DNA of 64,000 nt, from positions 17,304,022 to 17,368,021 of the forward strand of contig NC_068990.1 in NCBI RefSeq assembly GCF_001194135.2, given 5' to 3'. Positions 15,201 through 27,096 of the stretch are shown here, piece after piece. Within the stretch, counting starts at the first letter, position 1; every line of letters starts with the position of its first letter. Source of the stretch: Octopus bimaculoides. Its lineage: Eukaryota. Below the pieces are notes generated by a model. The model made no database searches and had not been told where the DNA came from. It saw only the letters and a list, made by a program, of their open reading frames with translations. A program made the position numbers and the translations under genes.

Positions 15201-15880
15201 AGCTCTCAAAACAAACTACTCCAAATATCACACTGATAAAAGCACTGACTCGCCACAGTGTAGGATGTGCTCTGAGAAGGGTGAATGTATAAACCATATT
15301 GTTAGTGAATGCTGTAAAGCTTGCACAATGCGAATACAAAAGGAGACACAACAACGTGGCCAGATATGTCCACTGGTTGTTGTGCAGTAAAGCAAGCCTC
15401 GAGAGAACCGAACAATGGTATGAACATAAGCCAGAGGGAGTAATGGAAAATGAACATTACAAAATACTCAGAGATTTTAACATACAGTGCAACCAAGTCA
15501 TAGAGGCGAGACGGCCAGATATCGTGATCATCCATAAAGATGAAAAAGAACCAAAGAAAATAGATGTTGCAATACCAGCCACTGCGGGATGAGATAGGAA
15601 AATTATGGGGCATGATGAAAGTAATGGTGATATCGGTGGTAATTGGAGCATCAGGAGCAGTTTCCAAGGGCTTTGAATATCATATTAAGAATATTGGAGC
15701 TGCTGTCAGGCTCAAGGTGATCCAGAAGATGGCATTGTTGGGTACAGCTCGCATTCTAAGGAGTATTGTCTCTTTGAGTCACTGGAGAAGACACTACTTG
15801 AAACTTTTGGTGATTTGTTATTGCCTGCTTTCAAGTAAAGAATAACCGGTAATTAAGAACTATCCGAGAGTCTTTCAGAA
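12245..15880 (+). mobile_element. Near-full-length, inactivated R4/Dong-like non-LTR retrotransposon (RT + CCHC + restriction-like endonuclease)
   Basis: Broken ORFs encode [56 protein letters not shown] (degenerate YMDD), CRMC...HIVSEC, RRPDIV, IDVAIP and ALLGTARILR. The 3' end runs into (AAT)n. Confidence 0.9.
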
Positions 15881-16777
15881 TAATAATAGTAATTATAATA
15901 ATAATCCTTTCTACCATAGGCATGTGGCCTGAAATTTTGAGGGAGGGGGTTAGTTGATTACATCGTTCCCAGTGCTTGACTGATACTCGTTCTATCTTCA
16001 AAAGATGAAAGGCAAAGTCAACCTCGGCGGAATTTGAACTCAGAACATTAAGACTGGCCATTGAGCATTTCGTCCTGTATGCAGGCAACTGTGAAAGCTT
16101 GCTACCTTAATGATGGTCTCAAATTTTCGCACAGGGCCAGCAGTTTTCCAAGGGGAGTGGGAAATCAATTATATTGACCCCAGAACTTGACTGGCACTTA
16201 TTTTATTGCCCCCAAAGGGTGAAAGGCAAAGTTGACCTTGACGAAACTGGAACTCAAGTGTGCTAACGATACTGCCAATTAATAATGATGATGATGAAGA
16301 ATTTTCAAGTCATTTAAGGAATGGGTTCTGTCACAGATAAAATATTTTTAGAAACAATTGGTAAATAAATATTTAAAAAGCAATTTTAAATTAATATTTC
16401 TATTTTTTAAAATGAAGGCAAAAGTTTTATAAAAAAAATTATTAATATTATTATTGTTATGCTTTCATATTATATATGTGTTAACACACACACACACACA
16501 CACACAAACATACGTTTCTCTCCTCTCTCTCTCTCTAAATTCGCACTGCATTTTGACAGTTTTTCTTTGTAATACATATCCTTACATTCTTATTTGGTAA
16601 CAGACATGATTCTTTTTGAAATGGAATATAATTTTAACCCCCTCCCCCACTATCCTCACTCAAACACACAGACCAATACAAACTTATACACACACTGCCA
16701 ACCATGTACTTAAAACGCAGAGTACACACACATGTACACACACAATATACACATTAATTTAAATAATGAGTATAAGG

Positions 16778-16918
16778 CTATAAAAAATTATCATCCGCGT
16801 TTGTCTTTTTTTCTGGTTCAACATTATTTTCTTCTGGTTCATTTGATAACTTTTCACTGGCAACAAAAGACTTCTCATCTTCATCACGATTGACTTTATT
16901 GCGCTTGAAGAATCCAAG
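16778..16918 (-). CDS. Integrin alpha last coding exon: LGFFKRNKVNRDEDEK...ADDNFL*
   Basis: cttttaatag| acceptor, GFFKR motif, acidic tail, TAG stop at 16778-16780. Confidence 0.95.
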   Translation of the reverse strand, partial: LGFFKRNKVNRDEDEKSFVASEKLSNEPEENNVEPEKKTNADDNFL

Positions 16919-19900
16919 CTATTAAAAGAAAAGAGGAAGTTCATAAATATCAAGTTTATATAAAGCAAATGGACATTAAATGATAGTGATGATGGTGATG
17001 ATGATGATGATGATCTTACATGCTGGCATGGATTTGAGGCTTTGGCAGCATCTGACAAGTATGAGGACTGCATTGTGTTCCAATGCCTGCTTTGGCTCGG
17101 TTTCTACAGCTCATTACCCTTCCTAATGCCAACCACTTTACAGCATGTAAACTGGGCGACAGTAATACAAAGTGACTTTATGTTAGAGGATTAGGCTAAA
17201 ATATGATCCAGCTTATCTCTCACCTCCTTCACTCATGTGTGTGTGTGTGTGCATGTGTGAGTGTGTGTGTGTGTTCTAGAGGTTGGGTGTGTTGCACTCA
17301 CAATCCTAAGATCCTGCACTGTGTGCTTGAACAAAACACTTCATTTCACGTTGCTTCTGTCCACTCAGCTGTTAATGGGTAACCCTGTGACAAAGGAGCT
17401 ATACAATCAGGGAAAATTTTGGCCTACTCGCCAAGCCAAGCAGGGTGACTAAAACAATGCAAAGTGCATTGTGGCCAGTGATGTATAACAACATCCAATA
17501 GCTGGGTTGGTCATATATATTTGTAGTCTTGGAAGTTACATGCTGACCTCACAAGTGCTGGTGGCACATGAACAAACAAACCCAGAACACACTGTAAAGT
17601 GGTTGGTGTTAAGAAAGGCATCCAGCCACAGAAACCATTCCAAAGCAGACACTGAAGCATGAGTTAGCGGACATGTTGGATCCTGTCAAACTGTCCAATA
17701 CATTCCAGGGTGGAATACGAACAATAAATTCTTTTACTCTTTTACTTGTTTCAGTCATTTGACTGTGGCCATGCTGGGAAACCGCCTTTAGTCAAGCAAA
17801 TCCGCCCCAGGACTTATTCTATCGGTCTTCTCTTGCTGAATTGCTAAGTTACAGGGACATAAACACACCAGCATCGGTTGTCAAGTGATGTTGGTGGGGG
17901 GAACAAATACAGACACACAAACATACAGACACACAGAAATACACACATATATATATATAAATATACGACGGGCTTCTTTCAGTTTCCATCTACCAAATCC
18001 ACTCACAAAGCTTTGGTCGGCCCGAGGCTATAATAGAAGACACTTGCCCAAGGTGCCACGTAGTGGGTCTGATCTCAGAACCATGTGGTTGGTAAGCAAG
18101 CTACCTACCACACAGCCACTCCTGTGCCTATAGCCACTCCTGCACCCATTATAAATGATAATGATGCTGATTATGTACAGGGTGTTTGGCTAAAATTTGA
18201 TGATTTTTTTTTGTCTTCTTTTTTCAAGAACAGATTTGTGTATTAGTGAAGAATCCATGGTGTTGGAGAGCATAAAGATTAAAGTTGTAGATGAGAAAAA
18301 GTCAGCTGGAAACCATCTGAATATTGGAAAAGAGTTACCTGTATCGCAATAATTTGTGCCAGGTAGCAAAATGTCGATATAATGACTGCTGTTCAGTGCT
18401 CTGTGAACACTGTAAAGGCTAGGCATAATATGGACAGCTGCAGTGGAGAAGACAAAGCTGTAGCCAGCAGAAAGGAGGGTCTCTGGGAGTATCTCCAGTG
18501 AGGTTGATATCATGCTGTTCCATATCTTTGAACAGGGCCTTAGGCTCAATTCAGATGGCTATGCGAGGCTGCTGGAGACTGGTTAATCCCTGACTGGAGA
18601 CAGTTTCTGCTGGAAGACAATATGTATAGCAGCAGGATTTGGCTCCTTGCCATCCCACCGGAAAAAGTCAGAAGTGGTTGTCAGAGGATTTTTATGACTG
18701 CACTAGCTCCAATTTCTGGACTTCTAATTCCCCTGATCATAATTCCATGGATTACTATGTATGGGATGTGGTTGAGAAAGACACCAACTGCTCTGCCTGC
18801 CACACCAAGGCACAGCTGATATTCTGAGGGACACAGTGAGGAATGCGTATGCCAGTTTCCAGAGCCATTTTTGAGGCCATGGTGGAAGTTAGGTCAGCTG
18901 CTCTGGGTCAACTGTTATCTCTCTCAGCCATATTCATCATCTTCTTCATAATCTATTTGTTTTTTTTTTTAATATTTTTATTTTTGGATAAGATATTGTG
19001 TTTCCTTTTCCTTTTATGCATGCTGTCATAAAATAGTGATCAAGATGATGATGATGAAAGAATGAATGAAAACAATAAATCATTAAAAAGAGGTAAAAAA
19101 AAAAAGAAAAAGGTAGATTAAAGTTACTTACCCACCAAAACAAAACAATACAGAGAGCAAGAATTAAAATGCCACCAAGTATACAAAGAAGAATAATCCA
19201 CCAGGCAATAGGTTCAGCTTCGACTTGGAAGACAGTTTGCACCTGTTTTAAAAAGAAAGAAATAAAAAAGAAAGAAAATGAAAATGTGTAAAACAACAGT
19301 TATGTAACGAAAAATATTTGTTTTAAAGTTTAATCCTTCAGCATTTAAAGCAACCCTGTCTGGCCCCCATCTGGCCCATATATTCCACAAGTTTTATGTT
19401 GAAACTGACCAGATCCAGCCTCTCACACCTACCTTACAATGTTAGTCTAAAAATAAACAATCAGATCATAGAAACCTCAAGGCTATTTAGATAATACATG
19501 ATTAATTTTCAAAACTGTAAATAAATAAATATTACATTTGATAAATTGATCTGAATGCTCAAGAGCTAAATTTTGATTTTAAAAAATAGTCGATACATTT
19601 TAGGTTATTTCATAAAATTATTAATGACAGAGTGCACATTGTAAATGTGTTATACATTATGAATTAACACAAGCATGGCTGAATGGTTAAGAAATTTTCT
19701 TCACAACCATGTGGTTTGGGATTCAGTCCCACTATATGGCATCCTGGGTGAGTTTCTTTCACTATAGTCCCAGGCTGACCAAAGCCTTGTGAAGGGATTT
19801 GGTAGATAAAAGTTGAAAGTAGCCCACCATAGTTATATCATCAATATCTATCTATCTATCTATCTATATATATATATATATAAAAGTAACTATATGAAAG

Positions 19901-22900
19901 CATTATTGCTGTTAAAAACAGTAATAATGAGGCAGTTAGCAAGCTTTCAACCTTAATAGGTATAATATTAAATATTTGAATAAAAGAAGGGTAAAAATAC
20001 CGCTTGACAAAAATGAAAGTGAAAGCTTCAAAAATCACCAATCCTATCGTAGTTTTTGAAGCTTTCGCTTTCATCTTTGTCAAGCAGTATTTTTACCCTT
20101 GTAATATTGTAATATTTCAGGATGGTCATTTTTTTTTTTTTTTTTTGTTGCCAAATACATCTGTGACCTCTTCAGCAACTCTTTCTATCCATGTGTATCC
20201 TCCTGCTCTGCCTAGTCTACAAATGTGCAATGAACGATTTCCAGACAGTGGACATAAGATAAAAATAAGAACAGTAATAAACAATTGAAGAATAAATATA
20301 TAGAGAATGTGTTTATTTGGCAAAAAAAAAAAAAAAAATGACCATCCCGAAATATAACAATATCTGTTTCAACACACAATTTCACATCAGGAATCTTGCA
20401 ACACAATTTCACAAATGTACTGGCATTAGGAAGGGCATCCAAACATAGAAACCATGTCAAATCAGACTGGAACCTGGTGCAATTCTCTGGCTTGGTAGTT
20501 CCAGTCAAGCTGTCTAACCCATGCCAGCATGGAAAGCAGACGTTAAATGACAATGATGATGATAATGTGTGTGTGTGTGTGGATGTAAAGCAAGTATCAC
20601 TGGCATACAAATGGTGTCCTTTATTTCCAATCTTCTGTGGAAAAACAGGTCCAGCCATTGGGGAAATATTATCTTGCATGGAAAAGGGTTGGGGTTGGTG
20701 ACAGGAACCTGGCATCTGGTTGTAGAAAATCTGCTTCAGCAAATTCTGTCTGAACCCATGAGCACGGAAAAGTGGACGTCAAATACAGGGAGGAAGAAGA
20801 AGAGGGAGAGGAAAGAGAAGAGGGAGAGGAAAGAGAAGAGGATGAGGAGGCGGGGAGGATGAGGAGGCAGGGAGGAGAGGGATAGGAAGAGGGGACAAGG
20901 AAAGGAGGAGGGAAGCGAAGAGAAAAGGAGAAAGGAGGAGCAGGAAGAAGACAATGACGACCACTTATAGACACTTCTGGTATATTGAAAACACAAACCC
21001 TAGACAGGCTTGGCTAAATACTCAATCATTCCTATCAACACCTTGACCTTGTATAACATGAACCTTCTTTTACAATAAAATGCCCTTACTGATATCTTCC
21101 ATGGCCATTGATTCTTATCAGGAATGTATAGTCGATGATCTTTTCTAGCCAAAACAGCTTTCGTCTCCAGATATTTTAAGTCCTGAAAAACAAAGAATAC
21201 AAAGTGACATTTCAAAGAATTCTGCCTTAATTATGAGGAATAAAACAAGTGGAAGTTTTTACTTTTACCATATATTTTATTGGGTTGTCCAGAAAGTTTG
21301 TGCCAATTTAGAGTAGCTTACCTTTCGACTTATATGCCATGAAACCACCTCAGTTCTGGGAAGAGGGTATTTTCAAGTTGAAGGAAAGATGGAGACGCAT
21401 TGTGCAACAAAATGGTTCATATTTGGTTGATTAGAAATGTAATGCCAAGTATTTATTGACCTTTTTCTTTCCTTTAAAAATTGGTATGAACTTTCCGGAC
21501 AACCCAATAATATTTCATGGACCCTTTCTTTGGATTTCCTGAAGAAAGGGGTCCTAAACCCCATACAAAATATAAGACTTAATAGATACTATATAAACTG
21601 GCACTTTGCTGACTGTGATGACAAGAGTTTCAGTTGATCCTCCCAATGGAACAACTAGCTCTTGAAATTAACATGCATGTGTACCTTTAAAATAATTCTC
21701 AGGAAGATTCAGCATGACACAGAATGTGACAAGACTGGCCCTTTGAAATACAAGTACCACTCATTTCTGCCAACTCAATGGAATGGAGCAACAGAAAATA
21801 AAGTGTTTTGCTTAAGGACACAATGCTCTGCCAGGAATTGAACTCACAGCCTTACAACATGAAACAAATATCCTAACCACAAAGCTATGCATCTTCACTG
21901 TGCATTATTTCATGTATTATATAAAGTAATGTTTAAATGACTGACTTGTCATGCTAACCTGGGTAGGGCATGTCTAACATAGCATATTAACCCTTTTGTT
22001 ACTGTATTTATTTTGAGATGCTCTGTGTTTCTTTCAATTACTTTAAATGTAACAAAGAATTTAATAAAATAACTTAGTTATCATTCAGCTAGTGTTAGGA
22101 ACATAAATTATAACTAAGGTTTGGTGGAAGATTTTAATTCAAAACTTATGAAAACGAGACATTTGTACTCAGAGCCAGAGCTGGTTTCAGCCAGGTTGGT
22201 AACGAAAGGGTTAATACTTATGTCTTTATTTATCTTAAAAAAGAAATATGATGCTGTTGATGGCAATGAAGCAAGCTTGCTTCACTGGTATAGTGAAGAT
22301 CACTTTGGGGAAGACTTTTTTAAGAAATGGAATTTTAAAAGTTGATCATTTGAATTTTTAAAAGTAACAAAATTTTAAATTCTGTGAATCCCCCAAATTT
22401 TGAAGTTTGTGAGCAGCAAAAGGTTTATGAAATAATTAGCTGATGTACCAGGAAATCGGAGCTTATCCCTTGGTTCCGTTCTCATAATTGTTTCGCTAAT
22501 CCAATAACAACAATACAAAGTAGGTACCCTTAAAACAGTTTTTGTGCATTTACAGAGAATACCGAACTGTCTTACACAGGATCTTGCCTTTAGGAATTCC
22601 CAATAAGTTATGAATACCTAAATTGTTAAGTCAGTTATGTAATAACATGAAATTAGTTACATGATAGTAAGAATTCAAATAAAGTAGCCCCAAAAAGGGT
22701 TTTAATGCGTTCCTATAGTATACAGAACATAGGAGGAAATACTAATAAGGTATGTATACTAAAATTGTTTAGGAAAATACTATTTACTAGTTTAAGGGTT
22801 GTACTGGATAAATTGCGAAAATAACTCTAACAGTTCAAATACTAAGAATTAAGCATACTCAATTTCATTTTAACCAAATAATTTAGGAAAATGAATGGGT

Positions 22901-25900
22901 TATTTCCCTTGGCTATATATAAGGATCCCTTCCAGTGGCCCTATTATCGATTTTTTTCAACAATCTGAGTATGCCATGAGGTTTCCAGACATGAATTCTA
23001 CTCACACATCAAGATTCATCAAAATCAATAAAACGATGTAGGAGGAGTTAGTTAACAACTCCACAAACACACCCACAGACAGAATTTCCCACATATGCAA
23101 TAGATAAAGATGGAATTCATAGAAACATTATGGCTATAGCAGTAACATGATACAGTACCAATGTGCATAGAGTACTAATAACCATGAATTAGTAACAGGC
23201 ATAGACTACCAGTATAAACAGAGTTCCCACTTTTCTATCTTGATTACATCAACTCCTCTCCTAAAGATTCCACATTGATTGTTGTGAGTTAAGTCATGCT
23301 TGACTGAGCAGACCCATAATCAAAGGATTTCCTTTTGTGTCTGTCTCCATTTTTATTCTGAGATATTATACAAAGACCAAATTTTCTTAAGCATTCTTTA
23401 TGTCCTAAAAGAGTAGGATGTGATTTTAAAGAGATTTGGCTTCTTTTTCTAGAAGGTTGAGAAACCCAGTAAAAAGTTCCACAGCCGACTTCTTCAAAAT
23501 TAACCGTCACACCATATTGCCATAGATTAAATGTCAATTCTGCCAGAGTCTCAGTAACGAAGTAATGAACTACACTTGTAGAAAAAGCAGATGCAGCTGA
23601 TTCTGTGCATTAGTTTGCCTGCACTCATTACTCTTGAACTGTATATGCAACTATTTATTGTTTTGCTTAGGAGCCAAGGCAGAGGGTAAAGCTAGGCCCA
23701 GTGGCCCAGGTCTGAGAGGGTTAATTTCTTATCTAGGTCCAAGGACAAAGTTCCACAAAGGTAGAGAATTGGGTAAAGTGTTTAACTCTTAACATCATGT
23801 TGGAATTTTTTCTAAGTTAAAACCTCAGTCTTGTAATGATTCTGTTACAGAAAAAAGATAAATGATAGATGGGATCAGAGTTGTCTCCTTTGTATCAGAC
23901 AGTTCCTCAATTCTTTAATAATACAATTCTTGTGATATCATGACTATTCAAGACTGGCTGACCAAAGTCTTGTGTGGTACTGTGTCTTACAGGAAATTAA
24001 GAGTTAATCTCATGTTAATGTTCTACACTTTATATCAACTCATCACTCTGATTTATCACCGTAGGAAAATTTTAATACTAATAAACTCAAAGAGAAAATC
24101 AACATACCTTTTTTACCGAATGAATTTTTTCATTGACACTAAAAACAATGTCAATTTGTCTATTAAATCCTTTGCTTATGTTTCCCAAGTGGAATGAAGT
24201 GGGACAAGATGGATTCTGAAATATTTAAATAAAAAATACAAACATTAGATTGACAGATTTAGCACAACATTTCATAGTTAATTAAAATATTGGTGTACTT
24301 TTTAATGGGTTTTAAATGCAAGGATTGCATACTGGAGTTTCAAAGCAATTTTGTGATTCACCTTAGCCTCATTTCAAGCACCTTTTATACCGTTTTCCTA
24401 CTGGAGAGCTATACAGAATGGCTACTAACACTAAGCAGCAGTGTTACGATAAAGCAGTTGTATACTGTCAACTCAATGTGACAGTCCCAATAAGGTAATC
24501 AAACTGCTGCTATTTAGCCCTAGGAAGCTGGACCACTTCCTGTCGACCTTGACACTGCTGCTTAATTCTCTCTGTGAGATTTATAATTAGATCATTTTTA
24601 ATTTTATAATCAGTGAATGTGTTTTCACTAAAAATACATATATTTGTGAGGGTTTGACATGCATTTTCAACCAGCTAGTGTTGCTACTTCAGGCTGATGA
24701 GGAGCAATGACTCAGAAACATGTCCCTGAATGCACACTGAGGTGGGTGGGCGTGCTTGTCTTCCCCTCGCATATATAAGGACACAGGAAATGTGTCAAGG
24801 CCGACAGGAAGAGGTCCAGCTTCCTAGGGCTAAATAGCAGCAGTTTGATTCCCTTATTGGGACTGTCACATTGAGTTGACAGTATACAACTGCTTTATAT
24901 ATATATATATATATAGATGCAGGAGTAGCTGTGTGGTAAGTAGCTTGCTAACCATCTACATAGTTCCGTGTTCAGTCCCACTGCATGGCACCTTGGGCAA
25001 GTGTCTTCTACTATAGCCTCGGGCTGACCAAAGCCTTGTAAGTGGATTTGGTAGACGGAAACTGAAAGAAGCTCGTTGTATATATATATATATANNNNNN
25101 NNNNNNNNNNNNNNNNNNNNNNNNNNNNNNNNNNNNNNNNNNNNNNNNNNNNNNNNNNNNNNNNNNNNNNNNNNNNNNNNNNNNNNNNNNNNNNNNNNNN
25201 NNNNNNNNNNNNNNNNNNNNNNNNNNNNNNNNNNNNNNNNNNNNNNNNNNNNNNNNNNNNNNNNNNNNNNNNNNNNNNNNNNNNNNNNNNNNNNNNNNNN
25301 NNNNNNNNNNNNNNNNNNNNNNNNNNNNNNNNNNNNNNNNNNNNNNNNNNTAATTTGCTCGACTAAAGGCAGTGCTCCAGCATGGCCACAGTCAAAATGA
25401 CTGAAACAAGTAAAAGAATAAAAGAATATATATATATGTATGTGTGTGTGTAGTATGTATATATCTGCATCTGTATCTGTGTACCTTTGTCTTGACATCA
25501 TGTGATGATTGTAAACAATCACCATTGTTATACAAGCAGCATTGTTCATTTCTAGTTTTCCATGCAAAAAAATGTCTGGTCATGGAGAAATATAAACTTG
25601 CTTGGAAACAGGTGATGATTAGTGACAGGAAAGGCATCCAGCTGTAGAAAACTTGCCTCAACAAATTCTATCTGACCCATACAAGCATGGAGAGGAAGAC
25701 ATTAAAACAATAACAAAATTGAAACCATTTCAATAATCATGCCATTTCCTTTGTTTAAAAATATATCAATGTTTTACATGATGTGATAAGATAAAGGTTT
25801 ATATATATTAAGACACAGATATACAATCTGATCTTAATGATCTATATATAGACCACTGATAGTAGATGCAGTTTTTGTAATAAGACTTTTTGCATAAATG

Positions 25901-27052
25901 TTGTAGTTATGGGTGTGCTGTTAAATATAGTAAGACAGTGATGCACAGGCATAGGTGCATGGTTAAGTATCTCACTTCCCAACCACACAGTTTTGAGTTC
26001 AGTTCCAACCCATGGTTACTGAGGAAAGTGTTTTTTATGACAGCCCCGATCCATCCAAAACTTGGTGAGTGGATTTCATAGAAAGAAACTGAACAAAGCC
26101 TATTGTGTATATAGTAACAAACTGATGAAAAGAAATCCTTCAAAGGGGTGTGTTAAACATCTAATTCCCTGGTACTTCAGTTGGATACCATATAAATATT
26201 GGTATAATTCAATAATAATGATAAATTAAATATAGAGATATTCTATTGACATTCAATAATTTATTTATATTACAATATTACATTAAATACTATGAATATA
26301 AAATATAACATAACATAATATTATATAACATAAATAATTATAAAAACCATAAAAGGCCAACAAATTGTTTCGACTTTTGTATATTTTTTCTGATATGCAT
26401 AATCACAGTTCCATTATATATATATATATATATATAGCCACTTCAGGAACTGTGATTATGTATATCAGAAAAAATATATATAAGTCGAAACAATTTGTTG
26501 GCCTTTTATGGTTTTTATAATTATTTATTNNNNNNNNNNNNNNNNNNNNNNNNNNNNNNNNNNNNNNNNNNNNNNNNNNNNNNNNNNNNNNNNNNNNNNN
26601 NNNNAGGGAGATGAATCTGTGCGTGTGCGAAAGTCTGCGAGTGTGTGTGTGATAACAGAACGTGTGTGTGCGTATGTATGTGTGTGTGTGTGTGTGTGTG
26701 TGCATGGTTTGGTGGTTTATCTGTTAGTGTGTTTGTGTGTGTGTGTGTATGACGTAGTGGAAGAAATTAGTAGCAGGACTGGTTAGTGGACGCTATAGAC
26801 AGTGTAGGTAGAAGGTCAACAGGTGGTTATTTGAGTGTGTGTGTGTTCGTATATATATATATATATATATATAGCCACTTCAGGAACTGTGATTATGTAT
26901 ATCAGAAAAAATATATATAAGTCGAAACAATTTGTTGGCCTTTTATGGTTTTTATAATTATTTATTGTATAATATTTTAATATAAATAAATTATTGGATT
27001 GTCAATAGAATATCTCTATATATATATTAAATTATCTATTGTGTGTGTGTGA

Positions 27053-27096
<44 letters not shown>

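Noticed and set aside
26434-26515. GTCGAAACAATTTGTTGGC resembling a hammerhead 3' half
   Set aside because: No CTGANGA core upstream (reads CTTCAGG) and stem II cannot be formed.
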